Source: an uncultured bacterium (GTDB lineage: Bacteria; Krumholzibacteriota; Krumholzibacteriia; Krumholzibacteriales; Krumholzibacteriaceae). Taken from it: a stretch of 64,000 nt of DNA. Shown one piece after another: positions 10,280 through 19,624 of the stretch. The stretch lies in NCBI GenBank assembly GCA_963813815.1, contig CAWFAD010000008.1, positions 1 through 64,000 on the forward strand, read 5' to 3'. A model generated the notes under the pieces. The model saw only the letters and a program-made list of their open reading frames with translations, was not told where the DNA came from and searched no databases. Position 1 is the stretch's first letter, and each line of letters begins with the position of its first letter. Both the position numbers and the translations under genes were made by a program.

Positions 10280-10840
10280 ATGCAGGGAATTCTGGCCTTT
10301 TTCGTCGGGGTCGGACTCGCCGCGACGTGCGGATTCAGGGTCTTTGTCCCCCTCCTCGGACTCAGCATCGCGCATCACCTGGGACACGTGCCGCTGTCGC
10401 ACGGATTCGAATGGATCGGGTCCTGGCCGGCCATGATCGCGTTCGGAGCCGCGACGATCTTCGAGGTCGGCGCCTACTACATTCCGTGGCTCGACCATCT
10501 CCTCGACGTCATCGCGACGCCCGCCGCGGTCGTGGCGGGCACGATCGTCACGGCGTCGATGCTCGGCGAGATGTCGCCGTTCCTTCGCTGGCCGCTCGGC
10601 ATCATTGCGGGCGGCGGCGTGGCCGGCGTGGTGCAGGGCTCGAGCATCCTCGTGCGAGGCGCGTCCACGGCGACGACCGGCGGCATCGGCAACCCCCTCG
10701 TGTCGACGGGAGAGCTCGCGGCCTCCGTCGTCGGAACGATCGTTTCGATCGTGCTGCCCATAGTCGCGATCGTCCTCGTGGGCCTCATTCTGTTCTTCAT
10801 ATTTCGGCGGATCTTCCGCCGACGCGCGCACGCGGCATAA
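10280..10840 (+). CDS. DUF4126-family membrane protein
   Basis: GLAATCGFRVFVP, EVGAYYIPWLDHLLD, TTGGIGNPLVSTGE. Confidence 0.85.
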   Translation: MQGILAFFVGVGLAATCGFRVFVPLLGLSIAHHLGHVPLSHGFEWIGSWPAMIAFGAATIFEVGAYYIPWLDHLLDVIATPAAVVAGTIVTASMLGEMSPFLRWPLGIIAGGGVAGVVQGSSILVRGASTATTGGIGNPLVSTGELAASVVGTIVSIVLPIVAIVLVGLILFFIFRRIFRRRAHAA

Positions 10841-10851
10841 AGAGCGGCTAC

Positions 10852-13282
10852 ATGGGCAGTGGCGAGCAAGAAAAGCGGCCTGCACGGTCTTCCTCGCGGC
10901 CTGCCTGGCGTTCGCGTTCGGCCTGCCGCCCGGCGCATCCGGCGGCGAGTCGACGAAGCGCGAAGAGAGCGGTGCCGCCGCCGCGGGCAAATTTCCCGCC
11001 GACTACGTGAATCCCTTCATCGGCACAAAGGAGATGGGGCACACCTTCCCGGGCGCCGCGGCGCCCTTCGGCCTCGTGCAGCTGAGCCCCGAGACCGATA
11101 CCGTCCGCTACAGCTACGACGGAACGTACAATCCCGGCGTCTACCGCTACTGCGCGGGATACCAGTACGGCGACTCCACGATCGTGGGCTTCAGCCACAC
11201 GCATATGAGCGGAACGGGGCACTCCGATCTCGGCGACGTGCTCCTCATGCCGACCGTGGGCCCCGTGCGGCTCAATCCCGGCACGGCGGACGATCCCGCC
11301 GACGGCGGCTATCGCTCGCGCTTCTCGCACGAGCGCGAGGAGGCGAGCCCCGGATACTACGCGGTGACGCTCGACGACTACGGCATTAGGGTCGAGCTCA
11401 CGGCGACGGAGCGCGTAGGCTTTCACCGGTACACCTTCCCCGAAACGAAAGATGCGCACATCATCCTCGACCTCGTCTCCGGCATTTATAGCTACGACGG
11501 CAAGATCGTATGGTCCTCCGTGAGGGTCGAGAACGACACGCTCGTCACGGGACACCGGCAGACGACCGGCTGGGCGAGAGAGCGGCACGTATACTTCGCC
11601 ATGTGCTTCTCGAAGCCAATCGCCTCCTACGGGCTCCGGAACGAGGAGAAGCTCTGGTACCGCGGCTTCTGGCGGAGATGGAACGAAAACAACGGCTTCC
11701 CCGAGCGCGCGGGCCGCGCCGTCAAAGGCCACTTCGACTTCGAGACGCGCTCGGGCGAGCCGCTACTCGTCAAGGTCGCCCTCTCGGGCGTGAGCGCGGC
11801 GAACGCGCTCGAAAACCTGCGCGCAGAGATCCCGGATGGGATTTCGACGCGGTGAGGAGCGCGACCCGCGCGAAGTGGAACGCTGAGCTCTCGCGGATCG
11901 AGGTCGAGGCGGACGACGACCGCCTCGCCAATTTCTACACGTCGCTCTACCACTGCTTTCTCTCGCCGTCCGTATTCTCCGACGTGAACGGCGAGTATCG
12001 CGGGCTCGACCAGAACATTCATCGCGCCTCGGGCTTTACGGACTACACGGTCTTCTCACTCTGGGACACCTACCGCGCGCTCCATCCGCTTTTCACGATC
12101 GTGCAGCGGAAGCGGACGAACGACATCGTCTCGTCGATGCTCGCCCACTACGACGAGAGCGTTCACCGCATTCTCCCCATCTGGTCCCACTGGGCGAACG
12201 AGAACTGGTGCATGATCGGGTACCACGCGGCCCCCGTGATCGCCGACGCCTATCTCAAGGGGATCCGCGGCTACGACGCCGACAAGGCGTTCGAAGCGGT
12301 GGTGGCGAGCGCGACGTTCGACGCCTACGACGGGATCGGCGCCTACCGGCGCCTCGGATACGTGCCCGAGGACGTGAGCGGCAACTCGGTCTCGAAGACG
12401 CTCGAGTACGCTTACGACGACTGGACGATACACCGCTTCGCGAAGGCGCGGGGCGACAAGGCGGCGGCGGACGAGTTCGCCCGGCGCGCCATGAGCTATC
12501 GCAACCTCTTCGACGCCGAGAAGGGGTTCATGCGCGCGAGGCTCTCGGACGGCTCGTGGAAATCCCCCTTCGACCCGCTCGCCACCTCGGGGCAAGGCTT
12601 CATCGAGGGGAACGCGTGGAACTACTCCCTCTACGTGCCGCACGACGTCGAGGGGTTCATGGCGCTCCTCGGCGGCCCCGCGCGCCTCGTCGCGTGGCTC
12701 GACACGCTCTTCGAAATGCGGACCCCCGACGAGAGCTTCGCCCACACCGAGGACATCACGAGGGCCGGCATCATCGGCGGCTACGTCCACGGGAACGAGC
12801 CGAGTCATCACGCGCCCTACCTCTACTGCTGGGCCGGCCAGCCGTGGCAAACGCAGAAGCGCATCCGTGAAATCGTCGACGCGATGTACCGGAACGCCCC
12901 CGATGGCCTCGGCGGGAACGACGACTGCGGCCAGATGTCGGCGTGGTACGTCTTCTCGTGCCTCGGGTTCTACCCCGTCTGCCCGGGGAGCAACGAGTAT
13001 GTCGTCGGGAGCCCCTGCGTGGATCGCGCCTCGATTCGTCTCGAGAATGGAAAGACGTTTTCGATCGAGGCGAGAAATCTGAGCGCCGAGAATGTCTACG
13101 TGCAATCCGCCTCGCTGAACGGGCGGCCGCACAACGCGTGCTTCATCGCGCACGAAGCCATCATGAAGGGCGGAAGGCTCGTCTTCGAGATGGGCCCGGA
13201 GCCGAACCCGTCATGGGGAACCGGGCCCGGCGCCGCGCCGAGGAGCCGGAACGTCAGCGGCGGGCGACGATCAGGGCGATGA
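10852..13282 (+). CDS. GH92 alpha-mannosidase, secreted; frameshifts near 10860 and 11833
   Basis: VNPFIGT..GHTFPGA, GFSHTHMSGTG, FSLWDTYRA, EGNAWNY, HGNEPSHH, GNDDCGQMSAWY; signal peptide CTVFLAACLAFAFG has no in-frame start; IP[G]WDFDAV is split by one missing base. Confidence 0.88.
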
Positions 13283-14480
13283 GCGCGTCGAGGCGATCGG
13301 GGTAGGTCTCCATCGATATGTTTCGCTCGGCCCACGCGCGCGCGCCGCGGCCGAGCCTCGCGGCCTCCGCCGGATCGGCGAGAAGCCGCGCGATCGCCTC
13401 CGCCATCTCCCGCTGGTTCGCCGCCTCGAGATACTCGCGGCCGGTCTCGAGCCCCATCCCCGCCACCCCGATCGGCGTGCTCACGACGGGGGTCGCCATC
13501 GCGGCCGCCTCCATCATGCGGATGCGAACGCCCCCTCCGAAGCGGAGCGGCAGCACCAGCACGGAGCACTTCCCGAGGTGCGGCCGTATGTCGTCCACGC
13601 CGCCGGCGAACTCGACTCCAGCTCCGGCCGAAGCCCGCGACGCCCCATCGACTCCCAGCCCCACGACCTCGAGAGTCGCGCGGGGATTTCGCTCGCGCAC
13701 GAGCGGCCACACGTCAGCGAGAAGATATCGCAGCGCGTCGCGGTTGAAATCGGCGGCGAAGGACCCGGGAAACACGACGCGGCCGTGCTCGCGTTCGTAC
13801 GCCCCCGGGGAGAATGCCGAGAGATCGAGGGCGAGCGGAAGAGCGTGGACGGCCTTCCCCGAGGCCGCCGGATGCGCGCGAAGCACGGCGGCGTCGGCGC
13901 CGGTGACGGTGAGAATCGTGTCGAATCTCGCGTAGGCCTCGAGCTCGACGCGCTCGAGAAGCCGCGTGCGCGCCGACTCTTTCGCGCGCGCCGCGCCGCG
14001 CCGCGCCCGCTCGATCCGCCCCGGATGCACGAGAAAATCGAGATCCATCGTGACGAGGGCGAGGCGCGCCTCGGGAAGCATCTCGGGCAAGCGGTAGAGA
14101 TGCCAGTAGGCGGCGAGCACGAGATCCGCCCGCTCGCTCCGCGCGGTCGCGGCGATGAGACGCAGAAGCTCCAGCGGGGCCGCGTAGCTCACCTGCATCG
14201 GCGTCCGCGCGAGGATCATCGCGGCGGCGTTTCTCGCCTTGTAGGCGGCGCGGTGGAGGGCGCTTCGCCTGTTCGGAGCGACAATCGCCCGCACCGCAAT
14301 GCGAGGGGTCTCGATCTCGGCGAGACGCGCGAGCTGTCCGCGGTCGTAGGCCATCGTGACGAGCACGACCTCGTGGCGCGCCGAGAGGCCCACGAGGAGA
14401 TTCATGACGAGGCGATCGAGCCCCATCCTCACGGGCCACGGAGCGTACGGCAGCGCGACGACGATCTTCACCGCGGGCAT
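13254..14480 (-). CDS. GT4-family glycosyltransferase
   Basis: PLRFGGGVRIRMMEAAAMATPVVSTPIG (GT-B C-terminal motif). Confidence 0.85.
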   Translation of the reverse strand: MPAVKIVVALPYAPWPVRMGLDRLVMNLLVGLSARHEVVLVTMAYDRGQLARLAEIETPRIAVRAIVAPNRRSALHRAAYKARNAAAMILARTPMQVSYAAPLELLRLIAATARSERADLVLAAYWHLYRLPEMLPEARLALVTMDLDFLVHPGRIERARRGAARAKESARTRLLERVELEAYARFDTILTVTGADAAVLRAHPAASGKAVHALPLALDLSAFSPGAYEREHGRVVFPGSFAADFNRDALRYLLADVWPLVRERNPRATLEVVGLGVDGASRASAGAGVEFAGGVDDIRPHLGKCSVLVLPLRFGGGVRIRMMEAAAMATPVVSTPIGVAGMGLETGREYLEAANQREMAEAIARLLADPAEAARLGRGARAWAERNISMETYPDRLDALIALIVARR

Positions 14481-14531
14481 CCTCCCACCGCCGGCCGCGC
14501 CGGGCGGCTCCGGCCGCCGGCGACGCGCGGG

Positions 14532-14633
14532 CTATCGGTCCTGTCCCTTCGAGAAATGCCGGTAGAGAAGGTACGTAATGACGTACGAGACGGCGAACAC
14601 GGAGGCCGGAACGACGATTCCGATGACGCTCAT
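14532..14633 (-). CDS. 33-aa single-TM peptide (not in the ORF track)
   Basis: MSVIGIVVPASVFAVSYVITYLLYRHFSKGQDR*; RBS GGAGG; ATGA overlap with the upstream peptide. Confidence 0.65.
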   Translation of the reverse strand: MSVIGIVVPASVFAVSYVITYLLYRHFSKGQDR

Positions 14634-14764
14634 GATCCGCCCTCCGATTCCTTTTTCTTCTTCGGGTGATGCTTGCGGTACGAATGGTAAGCGAGCACGA
14701 GCCCCGCGAAGGACGTCACGTACGCGAGCGACATCCCGATGACCATCTTGAGCTCGTTTCCCAT
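14630..14764 (-). CDS. 44-aa single-TM peptide (not in the ORF track)
   Basis: MGNELKMVIGMSLAYVTSFAGLVLAYHSYRKHHPKKKKESEGGS*; starts 1 nt after the upstream stop. Confidence 0.65.
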   Translation of the reverse strand: MGNELKMVIGMSLAYVTSFAGLVLAYHSYRKHHPKKKKESEGGS

Positions 14765-14765
14765 G

Positions 14766-15050
14766 CTATTCCTCCCACTTGACGGAGCGCTCGAGCTTCT
14801 CGATGTATTCCTTCTGCTTGAGCTCGTACCCCTTCGAAACGGCGGAGAGCTTCGGATCGATGACGCGCACGAGAACGACGGTGAGCACGACGCCGGCGGC
14901 GAACATGACGTAGCCCGGCCACATAAGGAGAAGGCTCATGCCGAGGCCGAGCATGAGCAGGATGTAGATGAGCGGCGAGATGATGACCGCGATCGTATCC
15001 TCCCGCGTCCATTCCTCCGCTTCCTTCGGCGACCATTGTTTTGCGCTCAT
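14766..15050 (-). CDS. 94-aa two-TM membrane protein
   Basis: Two hydrophobic segments; RBS AAGGA; directly downstream of the symporter. Confidence 0.7.
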   Translation of the reverse strand: MSAKQWSPKEAEEWTREDTIAVIISPLIYILLMLGLGMSLLLMWPGYVMFAAGVVLTVVLVRVIDPKLSAVSKGYELKQKEYIEKLERSVKWEE

Positions 15051-15077
15051 TGCCCTGCGTTCCTTTCGCCGCGCCGA

Positions 15078-16643
15078 TCAGAGGAGCCCGCGACGCTCCG
15101 CCTCCCGCCGCACCGGCCCCCACCAGCCGACGGGGCGCGACATGACGTAGAATTTCACGAGCCGATCCATGTCTTCTGGTTTCGTGGCGAACGTCACCGG
15201 TATGAACACGGCCGCGCCGAGGATCAGGAGCAGCCAGAACTGCTGGTAATCGCGCAGGTGCGGCAGCACGCCGAAGGCGGGAAGCACCCAGACGACGAGC
15301 CACGAGAACACGAGATTGAACACCCACGCCGAGAGGTAGCCCCAGCCGTTGAATCGCCACCAGACGACCTGCAGAATGCCGGGGAGCCACACCCCCGCCG
15401 CCATAATCCACAGGGCGAAGATGAGCCACTCGGTGATGTTCTCCATGATCGATCCGAAGACGAACGATCCGATGAGGAGCACGAGCGTTCCCCAGCGCCC
15501 GACCCAGACGAGGCGGCGCTCGTCGGCCTTCGGATTGATGTAATGGTGGTAGAGGTCCCTCGTGATGTAGACGGCACCGAGGTTGAGATGCGTGGAGATC
15601 GTCGAGAGATGTATCGCGACGATCGCCGCGAAGAAAAACCCGATCATCCCCGCGGGAAGCGTTTCGAAACCGAGACGGAACCACGCCATCTCGTAGTCTT
15701 TGACATCGGTGAGATTCGGATAAAGCGTGAAGAACGCGAGCACCGCCGCGGCCCAGATCGCGTTGCGCGTGACGACCGCCGCCTGCCCCGCCCAGATGCA
15801 CCACGAGGCGTCCTTGACCGAGCGCGCCGACTGGATGCGCTGCGCCTCGGGGAACCAGTCGATCGCGGTCGCCATGCCGAAACCGCCCATGATGCCGATG
15901 ACGATCATCGTGATGAACCACGCGACCGGAAAATCCCCCGTCGTAAAGCCGGTGAAGGCGAACGGATTGAGCTTCCCCGTCTCCCCCATCGCGGCGAGCT
16001 TGTCAACGATCGCGTGAGGTCCGCCCGCGGCGTGGATGCCCCAGATCGAAACGAAGACGATCGCGAAGAACGCGATGACCCCCTGCTGGAAATCCGCCAT
16101 CACCACGCCCCAGTATCCGGCGGCGAGAACGTAGACGGCGCAGAGGGACGAAAAGAGCACGAGCCCGATCCATGTCGGCCAGCCGAAGAGAAAGAAGCAC
16201 ACCTTTCCCATCGCGATGCCGACCCAGCCGAGGATGAACATATTGAGGAAGACCTGCCAGCCGGCCACCCATCCGCGGAGCAGCTCGCCCGGCATGCCAC
16301 CGTAGCGGATCGACTGCCACTCCGCCTGCGTGTAGGCGAGCGAGCGTCTGAAGATCTTCGTCGAGACGAAGGCGCTCACCGCGCACCACGCCGCGAAGAA
16401 ACCGTACCAGAGGCCCGCGAGGCCGTGCCGGTACACGACCCCCGACACCCACATCGGCGTGTCGGTCGCCGTGTGCGTCGCGTACACGGACGAGGCGGGC
16501 AGCCACCACGGCAGCCCGCGTCCGGCGAGGAAGAAGTCCGACTCGGATCGCTTGCCGAGCCGGTAGAAGAGGGCTCCGCTTCCGATCATGAGCACGACGA
16601 AAGCGAAGAGCCAGAACCAGTCGAGAAACGTAAAGACGACCAT
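15078..16643 (-). CDS. Sodium:solute symporter family protein
   Basis: DFFLAGRGLPWW, QRIQSARS, LSTISTHLNLGA..RDLY; many TM helices. Confidence 0.9.
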   Translation of the reverse strand: MVVFTFLDWFWLFAFVVLMIGSGALFYRLGKRSESDFFLAGRGLPWWLPASSVYATHTATDTPMWVSGVVYRHGLAGLWYGFFAAWCAVSAFVSTKIFRRSLAYTQAEWQSIRYGGMPGELLRGWVAGWQVFLNMFILGWVGIAMGKVCFFLFGWPTWIGLVLFSSLCAVYVLAAGYWGVVMADFQQGVIAFFAIVFVSIWGIHAAGGPHAIVDKLAAMGETGKLNPFAFTGFTTGDFPVAWFITMIVIGIMGGFGMATAIDWFPEAQRIQSARSVKDASWCIWAGQAAVVTRNAIWAAAVLAFFTLYPNLTDVKDYEMAWFRLGFETLPAGMIGFFFAAIVAIHLSTISTHLNLGAVYITRDLYHHYINPKADERRLVWVGRWGTLVLLIGSFVFGSIMENITEWLIFALWIMAAGVWLPGILQVVWWRFNGWGYLSAWVFNLVFSWLVVWVLPAFGVLPHLRDYQQFWLLLILGAAVFIPVTFATKPEDMDRLVKFYVMSRPVGWWGPVRREAERRGLL

Positions 16644-16656
16644 CGCACCGTCCCCG

Positions 16657-19620
16657 CTATTCGACGACGATCTCGTCGACGAAGATCCACGCCTTTTCCC
16701 CGGCGCCCTCGTGCCACGCCGGACACACGCCTACGTTTTTCGCCCGCACGCGGACGTACCGGGCGTTGCGAGCGACGCGGTCGGAGGCGAACTCCTTGAC
16801 GGCGATCTCGTCGTCCGGCGCCGTCGCGCCCCGGTTCCACTCGGCGACGGTGACGAAATCCGCTCCGTCGTCCGAGAGGGAGTATTCTATCCACTCGGGC
16901 GGAATATCCAACTTTTTTGGCTCTGGAGAAAGGTCGCGGCGATCCGTCGCACGCGCCGGCATCGATCCGAGATCGACCACGGCGTCGAGATCGACTCCGT
17001 GGTAGCCCTGCCATCCGCCCGCGTGAAAATCGCTCCCGCCGCGTATCTCGTCGACGAGGCCGAGCGGGCCGCCCGCCGTGTAGAGCGGGCTCGGGGCGGT
17101 GTTGAGCTTCACGCGCATCCCTCCCGGCACCTTCTTGAACTCCGCCGAGAGGAGGCGGCTCGGCGCAAGGCCCTCTTTTCTCGCAACGGCCCGGAGAGGG
17201 GTCGTCGCGCGGAGCGTGACCGGCTCCGCGAAAATCGCGGACACCGCGTCCGGAGGCGTCTCGGAGAGCGTGTAGGCGATCTCGGCGCCCGGCACGATCG
17301 AGGCGAGCGCCACGACGGTCGAATCCGAAAAGATGCGGCTCCCCGAGGCGACGTAGGGCACGGGCGCGATGAGGTGCTCGTCGATGGAGCTTCGCGGCCT
17401 GTCGGCGGCGCTCGTTCCCCACGCCGTGTTCGGGCTCGCCCCCATCGTGAAGACGAGCTCTCCCCCGGCCATGATGTCCTTGTGGTCGATGAACCCCTTC
17501 GTGTAGGGCTTCCCCCGGAGCGTCGCCTTTTGAATGTGCTTGTTCCCGGCGGACGCGCGCTTGGCCTTGATGACGAAGCGGCGCCCGCCGCCGACGTCGA
17601 TCGAAGCCTCGCGGAAGATCGGCGAACCTATGACGTAGGCGTCCTGCCCCGGCGTCACCGGATAGAAGCCGAGAGCGCTCAGGACGTACCACGCGGACAT
17701 CTGCCCGCAGTCCTCGTTGCCGCAGAGCCCGCCGGGGCCCGTGCCGTAGAGCTTGTCCATGATCTCGCGGACGCGCTCCTCGGTCTTCCACCGGCGGCCG
17801 GCGTAGGCGTAGAGATAGGCCATGTGGTGGCTCGGCTCGTTCCCGTGCGCGTACTGCCCGATGAGCCCCGTGATGTCGGGCTGCTCGCGACCCGTCGTCT
17901 CGCGTGCTCGCCGCGAAGAGCGAATCGAGCCTGCGCGGCGAAGGCCTCGGGGCCGCCCATGAGGCGCGATGAGCCCCTCGACGTCCTGCGGCACGTAGAA
18001 GCTGTACTGCCACGAGTTCGCCTCGGTGTAGTGGCTGCTGACCTCGCTCGGATCGAACGGCTCGACGAAGGCCCCGTTCACGCGGGCCCGCATGAAGCCG
18101 GTCGCGGGGTCGAAGAGGTTCCGGTACTGCTGGGCCCGCTCGAGGTAGCGCGCGTAGTCATCGCTTCGTTGCCCGAGAGCCTTCGCCATCCGGGCGATGC
18201 ACCAGTCGTCGTAGGCGTACTCGAGCGTCTTCGAGACCGACTCCCCCTCGCGATCTCCCGGAATGTACCCGAGCTCCCGGTACCAGCGGAGCCCGAGGTG
18301 ATCGAGCTCGGCGCTGTGCTTCATCGCCTCGAGGGCCCGCTCGGCGTCGAAGCCGCGGATTCCCTTGAGGTACGCGTCGGCGATGACCGGCACCGCGTGG
18401 TAGCCGATCATGCACATCGTCTCGTTCGCGGCGAGCTCCCAGACGGGAAGGGCGCCGCCCTGCTCGTACTGGGCGAGAAACGTCCGTATGAAGTCCGTCG
18501 TGCGCTCCGGCTCGAGAATGGTGAAGAGCGGATGCGCCGCGCGGTAGGTGTCCCAGAGGGAAAAGACGGTGTAGTTCGTGAAATCGCGCGCCTCGTGCAC
18601 CTCGAGATCGCGCCCGCGGTACCGGCCGTCGACGTCCATGAAGAGGTTCGGCGCGAGCATCGCGTGATAGAGCGCCGAGTAAAAGGCGATGCGCTCGGCG
18701 GCGGTGCCTCCCTTTACCATGATCCTGCCGAGCGACTCGTTCCACGCGTCGGAGGCCGCGCGCCGGGCCGCGTCGAAGTCCCAGAGCGGCGCCTCGGCGT
18801 CGATGTTCTTCCGCGCTCCGTCGACGTCGACCGCCGAAATGCCGACCTTGACGAGCACCGCCTCCCCCGCCCCCGTCGCGAAACGGACGAAGCATTTCAC
18901 GTCGCGTCCGTACGCCTCGTTGAGATCCGGGCGCAGCGTGTCGTCGACGGCGATGCCGTGCGAGAGAAACGGCTTGGAGAATCTCGCGACGAAGTAGACG
19001 TGCTGGTCCGCCGCCCACGCCCTCGAACGGCGGTATCCTTCGATCTCGGCGTTGCCCGCGATCTTGACGTGCGATTCGATCACCTCGTCGCGGTGCGCGA
19101 GATCGACGATCACGTTCGCGCTGTCGCTCGCCGGGAACCGGTAGCGATGGAGCGCCGTCCGCTTCGTCGCCGTGAGCTCGACCCTGACGCCGTAGTCGTC
19201 CAGCGTCACGGCGTAGTATCCGGCCCTCGCCTCCTCCCGCTCGTGCGAGAATCGCGAGCGGTAGCCGCCGCCGGGATCGTCGGCCGCGCCGGGGTTCAAG
19301 CGCACGGCGCCCACGGTCGGCATGAGGAGCACGTCGCCGTAGTCCGAGCAGCCCGTGCCGCTCAGGTGCGTGTGGCTGAAGCCGTAGACGACGCTGTCCG
19401 AGTGATGGTAACCCGAGCAGCCGTCCCAGCCGGAAAGCCTCGTGTCGGGGCTCGCCTGCACCATACCGAAGGGCGCCTGCGCGCCGGGAAAGGTGTGTCC
19501 GTGCCCTCCCGTGCCGATGAAGGGATCGACGTAGGAGACGACGTCCGATCTCCGTTCGATGGAGCACGAGCCGAGAACGGCGGCCGCCGCGAGCGGCGCA
19601 ATCAACGTTACGAAACGCAT
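16657..19620 (-). CDS. GH92 alpha-mannosidase lipoprotein with C-terminal beta-sandwich/discoidin-like extension; internal compensating indels
   Basis: Lipobox VLGSC; VDPFIGTGGHGHTFPGA, FSLWDTYRA, HGNEPSHH, GNEDCGQMSAWY; ends WIFVDEIVVE. Confidence 0.9.
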   Translation of the reverse strand: MRFVTLIAPLAAAAVLGSCSIERRSDVVSYVDPFIGTGGHGHTFPGAQAPFGMVQASPDTRLSGWDGCSGYHHSDSVVYGFSHTHLSGTGCSDYGDVLLMPTVGAVRLNPGAADDPGGGYRSRFSHEREEARAGYYAVTLDDYGVRVELTATKRTALHRYRFPASDSANVIVDLAHRDEVIESHVKIAGNAEIEGYRRSRAWAADQHVYFVARFSKPFLSHGIAVDDTLRPDLNEAYGRDVKCFVRFATGAGEAVLVKVGISAVDVDGARKNIDAEAPLWDFDAARRAASDAWNESLGRIMVKGGTAAERIAFYSALYHAMLAPNLFMDVDGRYRGRDLEVHEARDFTNYTVFSLWDTYRAAHPLFTILEPERTTDFIRTFLAQYEQGGALPVWELAANETMCMIGYHAVPVIADAYLKGIRGFDAERALEAMKHSAELDHLGLRWYRELGYIPGDREGESVSKTLEYAYDDWCIARMAKALGQRSDDYARYLERAQQYRNLFDPATGFMRARVNGAFVEPFDPSEVSSHYTEANSWQYSFYVPQDVEGLIAPHGRPRGLRRAGSIRSSRRARETTGREQPDITGLIGQYAHGNEPSHHMAYLYAYAGRRWKTEERVREIMDKLYGTGPGGLCGNEDCGQMSAWYVLSALGFYPVTPGQDAYVIGSPIFREASIDVGGGRRFVIKAKRASAGNKHIQKATLRGKPYTKGFIDHKDIMAGGELVFTMGASPNTAWGTSAADRPRSSIDEHLIAPVPYVASGSRIFSDSTVVALASIVPGAEIAYTLSETPPDAVSAIFAEPVTLRATTPLRAVARKEGLAPSRLLSAEFKKVPGGMRVKLNTAPSPLYTAGGPLGLVDEIRGGSDFHAGGWQGYHGVDLDAVVDLGSMPARATDRRDLSPEPKKLDIPPEWIEYSLSDDGADFVTVAEWNRGATAPDDEIAVKEFASDRVARNARYVRVRAKNVGVCPAWHEGAGEKAWIFVDEIVVE

Positions 19621-19624
19621 GCGA

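Noticed and set aside
11825..11860. Programmed frameshifting in GH92 or ccdA
   Set aside because: No slippery heptamer, and similar indels occur in many unrelated genes.
17902..17964. 31-bp periodicity of the three inserted bases in GH92
   Set aside because: Only three events and their exact positions are ambiguous; I cannot support a biological meaning.
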